From contig CBDCNM010000001.1 of assembly GCA_965219385.1 (NCBI GenBank), positions 422,631 through 486,630 of the forward strand: 64,000 nucleotides of DNA, written 5' to 3'. Source of the DNA: Candidatus Latescibacterota bacterium. Its GTDB lineage: Bacteria > Latescibacterota > UBA2968 > UBA8231. Below are positions 39,426-47,447 of the stretch, piece after piece (the first letter of the stretch is position 1; every line of letters begins with the position of its first letter). The position numbers and the translations under genes are program-made. The notes beneath the pieces are model-generated. The model did no database searches. It was given only the letters and a program-made list of their open reading frames with translations, and was not told where the DNA came from.

Positions 39426-40397
39426 GTGTCAAACGAAGTTCTTTATCTTTCTCGAAGAGACATCCAGGAAATGGATCTGGACCTGCGGGAGATCATCGGG
39501 GTGCTGGAGCGGATGTTCAGAGAAAAGGGAGAGGGCAAGGTCGAGATGCCGCCCAAACCCGGGATTCACACCCGACCGGATGCCTTTATCCACGCCATGC
39601 CGGCCTATATCCCCAGCCTTGGAGCAGCGGGGATGAAGTGGATATCCGGCTATCCTGCAAACCAGGAGAAGGGCCTGCCTTACATCAACGGATTGCTGAT
39701 CCTCAACGACCCGGAGACCGGGATGTCTCTGGCCATCATGGACGCCACCTGGATAACCGCCAAACGCACCGGCGCAGCCACGGCCATTGCAGCCCGCTAC
39801 CTGGCGCGGGAGCACAGCTCGAGCGTGGGCATTGTGGCCTGTGGGGTCCAGGGCAGGAGCAACCTGGAAGCCCTGTCCTGCCTCTTCGAGATCCAGCGGG
39901 TCAGGGCCTACGATATCCATGCGGAAATCGCCGCGCGGTTCGCCCGCGAAATGGGAGAGAAGCTCCAGCTTGAGATCGAGCCGGTGCAGGAGGTGCAGGA
40001 GGCGGTAAAGGATCTGGATATCGTGGTGACCAGCGGGCCCATCCTGAAAAATCCCCGGCCGGCCATCCCGGCCGGCTGGCTGGCCAGGGGCGCCTTTGCC
40101 AGTCCGGTGGATTTTGATTCCTACTGGCAGGGGGATGCTCTGGGGGAAGCGGACAAGATTGCCACGGACGATAGTGGACAAATGGAATACTACCGGAGCG
40201 AAGGTTACTTTCGCGAAACGCCGACGCCGTATGCCGACCTGGGCGAGATCGCAGCCGGGAAAAAGCCCGGGCGCGAGTCGGACGAGGAGCGGACCATCAG
40301 CATCAATCTAGGACTCGCCCTGGAGGACATGGCCACGGCCATCCTGGTGTACAGGCAGGCGGTGGAAAAAGGGGTTGGCACGCAACTATCCCTATAA
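39426..40397 (+). CDS. Ornithine cyclodeaminase/mu-crystallin family protein
   Basis: AMPA, KW, RTGAA, GLALEDMA. Confidence 0.88.
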   Translation: MSNEVLYLSRRDIQEMDLDLREIIGVLERMFREKGEGKVEMPPKPGIHTRPDAFIHAMPAYIPSLGAAGMKWISGYPANQEKGLPYINGLLILNDPETGMSLAIMDATWITAKRTGAATAIAARYLAREHSSSVGIVACGVQGRSNLEALSCLFEIQRVRAYDIHAEIAARFAREMGEKLQLEIEPVQEVQEAVKDLDIVVTSGPILKNPRPAIPAGWLARGAFASPVDFDSYWQGDALGEADKIATDDSGQMEYYRSEGYFRETPTPYADLGEIAAGKKPGRESDEERTISINLGLALEDMATAILVYRQAVEKGVGTQLSL

Positions 40398-40412
40398 ATA
40401 AGGAGGTGAATC

Positions 40413-41195
40413 ATGGGGGTACTGGATAGGTTTTCCCTGAAGGATCGCCTGGCCCTGGTATCCGGGGGCGCCGGTCCCATGTTTGGCAGCAGTATTTCAG
40501 AGGCGCTGGCCGAAGCCGGCGCCACCTTGATCACGGCATCGCGCTCCCTGGAGCGCAACCAGGAATTCGTCGAGCGGCTCAAGAGCAAGGGCTACGAAGC
40601 TCACGCCATGCAGCTGGATATCGGCGAACCCGGGTCGATTGCAGCCCTGCAAGCCCAGGTGGGCGAACGTTTCGGGGCCCTGGATATCCTGGTCAACAGC
40701 TCGGTGGTAAGCGGTGTTACCGGTTTCGAGGAGCAGGAGATAGGTCACTGGGAAAACAGTGCACAGGCCAATATGGTGGGCCTCTTTGCCATGTGCCGGG
40801 GCTTCGTGCCCGGGATGGTGCAAAAGGGGCGCGGGTCCGTGATCAACATCTCCAGCATCTACGGGGTGGTGGCCAACGATCCCACCCTCTACGAAGGCAC
40901 GGATATGAAGCAGCCACCGGATTACACCTTTGTCAAGGCCGGCATGATCAACTTTACCCGCTACCTGGCCAACTACTATGGCAAGAAAGGGGTGCGGGCG
41001 AACTGCATCTGCCCGGGCGGGTACATAGGCGGCCAGCCCCAGCCCTTCCTGGACAACTACACCAAGCGCTGTCCCCTGGGGCGCATGCTGGAAAACGAGG
41101 ATATCAAGGGCGCCACCGTCTTTCTGGCCTCGGACGCTTCGGAGTACATCACCGGGACTGCCTTGATGGTGGACGGGGGCTGGACCACCCTTTAG
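40413..41195 (+). CDS. Short-chain dehydrogenase/reductase
   Basis: YTFVK (YxxxK), INISSIYG, VDGG. Confidence 0.88.
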   Translation: MGVLDRFSLKDRLALVSGGAGPMFGSSISEALAEAGATLITASRSLERNQEFVERLKSKGYEAHAMQLDIGEPGSIAALQAQVGERFGALDILVNSSVVSGVTGFEEQEIGHWENSAQANMVGLFAMCRGFVPGMVQKGRGSVINISSIYGVVANDPTLYEGTDMKQPPDYTFVKAGMINFTRYLANYYGKKGVRANCICPGGYIGGQPQPFLDNYTKRCPLGRMLENEDIKGATVFLASDASEYITGTALMVDGGWTTL

Positions 41196-41203
41196 AAGGC
41201 TTC

Positions 41204-42271
41204 TTACACCTCGTCGGGCCGCATGGACTCGCCCCGGAGCAGAAAGGCGCGGATATCGTAGCGCCCCGGCCGTTCGACGGGCAGATCCCCCTGGTCGATC
41301 ATTACGTCGAGGGGGGAGCACATGGTACGGACCGGCATGGAGACCACCTCGTGCCGGCGGGCCGACTCGTAGATGGCCATGATGATTTCAATGGCGGCGC
41401 GGGCGTTTTGGGCCTGGCCCCGGTGCTCGACTTCACCCTCGATCCAGGCCACTAGTTCCCGAGCCTGGGCAACGTGGAGGTCCTCGCCCTCGCCGGTGCG
41501 GTCTTCCCATTTTCCGGACTTTCCGCTCAGCAGACGCACCTTCCCTTCGTCCAATTCCAGCACCCCATCGGTGCCGTAAAAGATGCCGCCCTGATAGCCG
41601 GGGCCGCCCAGTTCCTGGAGGAGCTGGGCAATGGCGCCGTTGCTGAACTGGATGATGCCGGCGCTGCGGTCCTCGATGCGGATATCGCGCTCGTAGCGCT
41701 CGGTTTTGCGCTCTATATTGCCGATGACCCACTCGGCATCCGGATCCCCCATGACATAGCGCATCATGTCCAGGAGATGGGAGCAATCGTTGAGGAGCCC
41801 CTGACTGCCCCGGGCGGTGACCTGGCGGGGCTCGCCGATGGCGCCTTCGAGGATCAGTTCCCGGGCCTTTGTCCAGACCGGGTTGAAACGGCGCTGGTGG
41901 GCAATGGCCAGCTTGACTTGGTTGCGCCGGGCGGCGATCAGCATCTCGTCACATTCCCCCAGGTTGGTCGCCATGGGTTTCTCGCAGAGCACGGCTTGGG
42001 GGCGGCGGGCACAGGCGGCAATGGTCATGGGGGCGTGGAGTTTGTGCCAGGTGCCTATGCTCACAATGTCCAGGTGCTCCTCGTCCAGCATCTGGCGGGG
42101 GTCTTCATAGCGTTTGGCGACGCCGAACTGATCGCCGAAGGCATCCAGTGCGTCCCGGACGGGATCGGCAAGGGCCGCGATTTCCACGTTGTCGAGCCCC
42201 TGGTATCCCCTGGCGTGGTAGGTGCTGATATTGCCACAACCGATGATACCTGCGCGATAGGTAGCCGCCAT
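41204..42271 (-). CDS. Gfo/Idh/MocA family oxidoreductase
   Basis: GIIGCG, CEKP, HQRRF. Confidence 0.9.
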   Translation of the reverse strand: MAATYRAGIIGCGNISTYHARGYQGLDNVEIAALADPVRDALDAFGDQFGVAKRYEDPRQMLDEEHLDIVSIGTWHKLHAPMTIAACARRPQAVLCEKPMATNLGECDEMLIAARRNQVKLAIAHQRRFNPVWTKARELILEGAIGEPRQVTARGSQGLLNDCSHLLDMMRYVMGDPDAEWVIGNIERKTERYERDIRIEDRSAGIIQFSNGAIAQLLQELGGPGYQGGIFYGTDGVLELDEGKVRLLSGKSGKWEDRTGEGEDLHVAQARELVAWIEGEVEHRGQAQNARAAIEIIMAIYESARRHEVVSMPVRTMCSPLDVMIDQGDLPVERPGRYDIRAFLLRGESMRPDEV

Positions 42272-42529
42272 CTGATTCTCCTCGTGTGTTTGGATTAGGG
42301 TGGTTGGCCGCAAGGGTCTGAGCGGCCGCAGGTGGCCCGGGATTTCGTCCAGGTCCCCCAGGTCAGCGATTTCCACCCGGACATTGGCAATCGGGCGCCG
42401 CACCTGTTCACGGGTGGAAGGATAGTTTGGAAAGAAGGGGACGTCAAGTTGTCCTCCAGGTTGTGTCGGACCGGGATTTGGGCGATATTTGCCGGCGTTT
42501 AGGATGAAGTGGGATGATTTTTGTAGTTG

Positions 42530-43093
42530 TTACGAGAAGGTCGGACAGTCGGGGAGCAGGGGCTGGACATTGTCCGGCAGGGGGACCAGAAAGGCATTCA
42601 GGGTCAGAGCCACCAGGGTGTAGTAGCCTATGATCCCCGTGAGTTCGACCAGTCCTTGCGAGCCCAGGTGGTCCTGGACGGCCTGGAAGGTCGGGTCCCG
42701 GACAAAGCGGTCCTGGAGAAGTTCGGAGGAGAAGCCGTATATGGCCTTTTCGTCCGGGGCGGCGGATTCGGGCGCCAGCCTGGTGCGGATCGCGTTGATC
42801 ACTTCCGGGTCGAGTCCGGCCTGCCGGGCAAGGCCTTCGTGCAGGGACCATTCGACCTGGCAGTTCGAGAAGCGGGCCGTGATCAGGATGGCCAGTTCGC
42901 TCTGGCGCGGTTCCAGGGAGGTGTTGTAGCGCACGAACTCGCCCAGGCTTTGTGCCCTGTGGGCGAATTCCGGGCTGTGGAGCCAGGTGCGGAAGGGGCC
43001 GGAGATGCTGCCTCTGGATTCGAGGATGGCGTCGTAGATCTGGCGTTGGGCGGTGTTCAGTTGTTCTCGGGTGAGTTGAGGGATTCTGCTCAT
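42530..43093 (-). CDS. Carboxymuconolactone decarboxylase/AhpD-like protein
   Basis: GPF..WLHSPE, ELAIL, EW..H, VEL..IIGYY. Confidence 0.85.
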   Translation of the reverse strand: MSRIPQLTREQLNTAQRQIYDAILESRGSISGPFRTWLHSPEFAHRAQSLGEFVRYNTSLEPRQSELAILITARFSNCQVEWSLHEGLARQAGLDPEVINAIRTRLAPESAAPDEKAIYGFSSELLQDRFVRDPTFQAVQDHLGSQGLVELTGIIGYYTLVALTLNAFLVPLPDNVQPLLPDCPTFS

Positions 43094-43311
43094 GGTCGGA
43101 CTCCGGGTTGGGCGTGGGTAGCGCGAAGCAGTGAGAATATCGGGGAGCCTGGAGCGGCGTGCAACCAATTTGACTTGGGCGTGCTGGGCCAAGGCAAAGC
43201 GGATGGCCGTGCCGCTGTTGAAGGGATTGGAGTAGTTCTGCTTCACGAGAAAAAAAACTACAGCAAGCGCCAAGCGCCCCCCAAGGCGTCGATGGACGCG
43301 ACCGAGACTCG

Positions 43312-45849
43312 ATGAACGAAGCATCCGCGCGCATCAAGATCAACAAGCTGCTAGAGGTGGCCGGGTGGCGCTTCTTCGCCGACGGGAACAAGCCCGCCAG
43401 CATCTGCCTTGAGACAGGCGTCACGATCAGGACATCCGATCTCGACGCCATGGGCAACGACTTCGAGAAGACCTCCAGGGGCTTCATCGACTTCCTGCTG
43501 CTCGACGATAAGGGATTCCCGCTCACCGTTCTGGAGGCCAAGTCCGAGGACAAGAATCCGCTGGTCGGCAAAGAGCAGGCCCGCAAGTACGCTCGCTCGC
43601 AGAACTGCCGCTTCGTCATCCTGTCCAACGGCAACCTGCACTACTTCTGGGATTTGGAGCGCGGCAACCCGCACACAATTACCACGTTCCCGTCGCCGGA
43701 TTCGGTGGAGGGTTACCAGAAGGTCGCGCCCAACCCGCAGCGCCTGATCGATGAACGGGTCGGCGACGACTACATCGTCCTCACCCAGCGGCCCCAGTAC
43801 GCGGCAGAAGCAGGGTGGCGCAATGAGGCCGAGCGCCCCGGCTATATACAGGCCCATGGTTTGCGCTTTTTGCGCCACTACCAGCTAAGGGCTATCCACC
43901 GCTTGCAGCGGGCGGTGGGGGACGGCGCCGACCGCTTCCTCTTTGAAATGGCCACCGGCACCGGCAAGACCCTGGTGGCCGCCGCGGTCATCAAGCTGTT
44001 TCTGCGCACCGGCAACGCCCGCCGCGTCCTCTTCTTGGTGGACCGGCTGGAGCTGGAGGACCAGGCGGCGAACAAGTCCTTCGTCCCCTACCTGGCCAAC
44101 GACTTCGACGCGGTCATCTACAAGGAGAAACGCGACGACTGGCGCCGGGCACACATTGTGGTCACTACCGTCCAGTCGCTGCTGTTCAACAACAAGTACC
44201 AGTCGCTGTTCTCGCCCACGGACTTCGACCTGGTGATTTCGGACGAGGCGCACCGGTCCATCAGCGGCAACGCCCGCGCTGTGTTCGATTACTTCGTCGG
44301 GTACAAGCTGGGGCTGACCGCGACGCCCCGAGACTACCTCAGAGGCACCCATACGACCGGCCCAAATGTGCGCGATCCGCGCGAGGTGGAGCGCCGGTTG
44401 TTGCTCGACACCTACCGCACCTTCGGTTGCGAGAGTGGCGAGCCGACGTTCCGCTACTCGCTGCTCGACGGGGTGCGCGATGGGCATCTGATCAACCCAT
44501 GGGTCGTTGACGCACGAACGGAGGTGACCACCCAGCTTCTCGCCGACGAGGGCTTTGTGGTGTCCTTCACCGATGACGAAGGAGAGCAGCAGGAGGAGGC
44601 GTTCAAAAAGCGCGACTTCGAGCGGGAGTTCTTCTCGGAAGCCACCAACGCGGTCTTCTGCCGGACCTTCTTGGAGAATGCGCTCCGCGATCCGATCAGC
44701 GGGGAGATAGGGAAGTCGATCGCATTCGCGGTGAGCCAGACCCACGCGGCCAAGCTAACGCAGCTATTCAACGAGATAGCCGACCGCATGTTTCCGGGCC
44801 ACTACCAGTCGGACTTTGCGGTCCAAGTTACCTCCCACGTGCCGGACGCCCAGCGATTCGCGGTCAACTTTGCCAACAACAATCTCTTGGGGTCCGGCAA
44901 CTTCAGGCGCGAGTACCGGACGAGCAAGGCGCGGGTATGCGTGACGGTCGGCATGATGACCACCGGCTACGACTGCACCGACATTCTCAACTTGGGCCTG
45001 TTCAGGCCGATATTCTCGCCGACGGACTTCGTCCAGATCAAGGGGCGCGGCACCAGGAAGCACAACTTCCTCGACCAGATGATCGGGCACCGTGCCACGG
45101 GCGACGACGCCGGGCCGGAGAAGACCACCTTCAAGCTCTTCGATTTTTTCGGCAACTGCCAGTACTTCGAGACCGAATTCAACTACGACGAGGTGATCGA
45201 GCTACCCCGTCCACAACACAGAGGCGACGAGCAAGGCGGCGACCAGGGGCCGCTTGTGCACCTCGGCGCCTACGAGCACTTGGGACGCGACATCCTCTCG
45301 ACAATCAAGGAAGAGCGCATCGGGTACGAGGGCATGAAGATCGACCGGATGTTCTTTGACCGGTTTGCCGACGCGGTGCGCGAAAACGACTTCATTGCCC
45401 AAGCCGTCGAGTCGGGCCAATGGGACCGCGTCATCGACTACGTGAACCAGGAGGTTTTCGACAAGCCCGAGGAGTACTACACCCTTGCCAAGCTGCGCCA
45501 GGCCGCCGCGGTGGATCGCCGCTTGACCTTGCGCGAAATACTGGAGAAGGTCTTCGACCTCATCCCGCGGTTCAAGTCCAAAGACGAGCTACTCGAAGAG
45601 GAGTTTGGCAAGTTCGTCGCCGATCACAAGCCCGACGAAGCCGAGTCCATCACCGCGATCAGGGCGTACTTCAAGGCGTACCTGACCAGCGGACGGACCC
45701 GAGACATCATCGAGAATCGGCGCTTCACCGAGCTGGCGACCAACCCGGCCTTTTCCTCCCGCGACTATCGCGCGGTGCCGGAGCCGTACCGCGCACTCGT
45801 TCCCGAGTATGTCAAGGATTATGTGTCTCTGAACCAGTTCGCCGCCTAG
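43312..45849 (+). CDS. hsdR: Type I restriction enzyme R subunit (DEAH helicase-nuclease)
   Basis: D...LEAK nuclease motif, ATGTGKT, DEAHR, GLTATP, QIKGRGTR. Confidence 0.88.
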   Translation: MNEASARIKINKLLEVAGWRFFADGNKPASICLETGVTIRTSDLDAMGNDFEKTSRGFIDFLLLDDKGFPLTVLEAKSEDKNPLVGKEQARKYARSQNCRFVILSNGNLHYFWDLERGNPHTITTFPSPDSVEGYQKVAPNPQRLIDERVGDDYIVLTQRPQYAAEAGWRNEAERPGYIQAHGLRFLRHYQLRAIHRLQRAVGDGADRFLFEMATGTGKTLVAAAVIKLFLRTGNARRVLFLVDRLELEDQAANKSFVPYLANDFDAVIYKEKRDDWRRAHIVVTTVQSLLFNNKYQSLFSPTDFDLVISDEAHRSISGNARAVFDYFVGYKLGLTATPRDYLRGTHTTGPNVRDPREVERRLLLDTYRTFGCESGEPTFRYSLLDGVRDGHLINPWVVDARTEVTTQLLADEGFVVSFTDDEGEQQEEAFKKRDFEREFFSEATNAVFCRTFLENALRDPISGEIGKSIAFAVSQTHAAKLTQLFNEIADRMFPGHYQSDFAVQVTSHVPDAQRFAVNFANNNLLGSGNFRREYRTSKARVCVTVGMMTTGYDCTDILNLGLFRPIFSPTDFVQIKGRGTRKHNFLDQMIGHRATGDDAGPEKTTFKLFDFFGNCQYFETEFNYDEVIELPRPQHRGDEQGGDQGPLVHLGAYEHLGRDILSTIKEERIGYEGMKIDRMFFDRFADAVRENDFIAQAVESGQWDRVIDYVNQEVFDKPEEYYTLAKLRQAAAVDRRLTLREILEKVFDLIPRFKSKDELLEEEFGKFVADHKPDEAESITAIRAYFKAYLTSGRTRDIIENRRFTELATNPAFSSRDYRAVPEPYRALVPEYVKDYVSLNQFAA

Positions 45850-45916
45850 GGAAGGTACACGACGTTCGAGCCGTGGAGATTCAGCTACTGAGCCTTTTTG
45901 ATATGGGAGTAAAGAT

Positions 45917-46240
45917 TTGAGCACGGAATCCCTACAGCCCCAGCCAGATGTTTTGCCGGAACAATTCCACCGTCTCGCAGAAATTGTACGTGAAGAATGC
46001 GCTCATCTTTCCTCAATACGAGAGATCGTTCTACATCCTGCGTACCAGCAGATCATAGGCATGGGGCCGCAAGCGCTGCCGTTGATTCTTAGAGAACTTG
46101 AACACAAGCCGGAACACTGGTTTTGGGCACTTCGGGCGATTGCACAAGAAGATCCCGTGCTTCCCGATCATCGGGGCGTTGTCGCAGAGATGACCCAGGA
46201 TTGGCTGAACTGGGCGCGCAGGAAAGGGTTGCGCTGGTGA
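45917..46240 (+). CDS. Small helical hypothetical protein (putative antitoxin)
   Basis: HPAYQQIIGMG..ALPLILREL...HWFWALRAI; its stop overlaps the start of the downstream remnant. Confidence 0.75.
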   Translation: MSTESLQPQPDVLPEQFHRLAEIVREECAHLSSIREIVLHPAYQQIIGMGPQALPLILRELEHKPEHWFWALRAIAQEDPVLPDHRGVVAEMTQDWLNWARRKGLRW

Positions 46241-46364
46241 AGGAACATGGACCAGCAAACTCGGACAACTGGAAGACATCGAACACCAGGATCTCGACCA
46301 TGTGGGTGAGGGAGATTATGGTAAGCCGGTTTTGTTCTTGAAGCGGCCTAGAGCGGACTTTTGA
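46237..46364 (+). pseudogene. Internally deleted partner gene (DUF7689-like, name from recall)
   Basis: GTG AAG GAA CAT start joined out of frame to GTWTSKLGQLEDIEHQDLDHVGEGDYGKPVLFLKR. Confidence 0.65.
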
Positions 46365-46520
46365 GCGTCTAGCCGGATACCATCAAGTTCCACCATGACA
46401 TGGAAGTGGGGGCGTTCACCGAGCTGGCGCCCCATCCGGTCTTTTCCATCTGCGACCACCTTGTTTATCCGCAAAAAAACAGTGAACAGCACCCATTTTC
46501 CCCGTTCCATTCACTAATAT

Positions 46521-46549
46521 TTGACAATATATAATGAATATATTACAAT
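46521..46549 (+). promoter_or_regulatory. Consensus sigma70 promoter with overlapping palindrome; leaderless fic transcript
   Basis: TTGACA-N17-TACAAT, ATG 6 nt downstream, AATATAT-N5-ATATATT inverted repeat. Confidence 0.8.
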
Positions 46550-46555
46550 AACGAC

Positions 46556-47446
46556 ATGGCAACCACACAGCCGATAAGAAACCGCATCCAGACCCTGAAA
46601 CGCGAGTACGATACCCTGAGCCAGGGCAAGGTATCGCTGCTGTCGATGATTGACGAAGTGGAGATACCTGAGAGCGTGTACAACTCGAACGCGATTGAGA
46701 ATTCAACCCTCACCCTTGAGGAGACAGAGAGAATCCTGTTGGAGCAGATGCTGTCCCGAAATGTGTCCGTGCGGGAAGTCTTCGAGGCGAAAAACCTGGC
46801 CCGCGTCACGGAATACAAGCGCGCCAGAGCTAAAGATAGCGAGCTGAACAAAGACCTTATACTACGCTTGCATCAGATGCTCATCGGCGGCATTGACGAT
46901 GCCATCGCCGGCCGCTTGCGCCAGCAGGGGGAATACGTGCGGGTGGGCACTCATATCGCGCCGGCACCCGAGCATGTCGAGCGCATGATAGATGACATCC
47001 TCGTCGAGTATTCCAGCGACCTCGGCGCCTACTTCCTCGACAAGATTGCCCGATTTCACCTAAATTTCGAGACCATCCATCCCTTTTGCGACGGCAACGG
47101 CCGTCTCGGGCGGGTCATCATCAATTTTCAGCTTCTCCAACTGAGGCTACCGCGCCTCATCATTCGCAACTCGGAGAAGGAGCGTTACTATCAGGCGTTC
47201 AGGGACTATGAAGACCGCCAAAACACGAGGACGATGGAAGGCATTATGGCGCTGGCGCTCACAGAGTCCCTGCACAAGAGGCTGAGCTATTTGCAGGGGG
47301 CGGTCATCATCCGGCTGTCGGATTATATCAAGCAGCATGGGCTTTCGGCACCCGCGGTCACCAACGCCGCCCGCCGCCAGACCATTCCCGCTTTTCGCGA
47401 GAGAGGGGTGTGGAAGATCGGGGCGGAATTCGTCTACCGGACCTGA
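46556..47446 (+). CDS. Fic family protein with a C-terminal HTH-like extension
   Basis: HPFCDGNGRLGR, inhibitory SNAIEN motif, C-terminal IRLSDY...LSAPAVTNAARRQTIPAFRERGVWKI. Confidence 0.9.
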   Translation: MATTQPIRNRIQTLKREYDTLSQGKVSLLSMIDEVEIPESVYNSNAIENSTLTLEETERILLEQMLSRNVSVREVFEAKNLARVTEYKRARAKDSELNKDLILRLHQMLIGGIDDAIAGRLRQQGEYVRVGTHIAPAPEHVERMIDDILVEYSSDLGAYFLDKIARFHLNFETIHPFCDGNGRLGRVIINFQLLQLRLPRLIIRNSEKERYYQAFRDYEDRQNTRTMEGIMALALTESLHKRLSYLQGAVIIRLSDYIKQHGLSAPAVTNAARRQTIPAFRERGVWKIGAEFVYRT

Positions 47447-47447
47447 T

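Noticed and set aside
36889..39432. 847-aa minus-strand ORF and other long antisense ORFs (e.g. 28806-30356, 35529-36863, 54414-55637)
   Set aside because: Shadow frames opposite well-supported genes in GC-rich DNA; no recognisable motifs.
42272..42447. Coding-like stretch upstream of the Gfo/Idh/MocA gene
   Set aside because: May be a gene remnant but is unassignable; the RBS supports the start at 42271.
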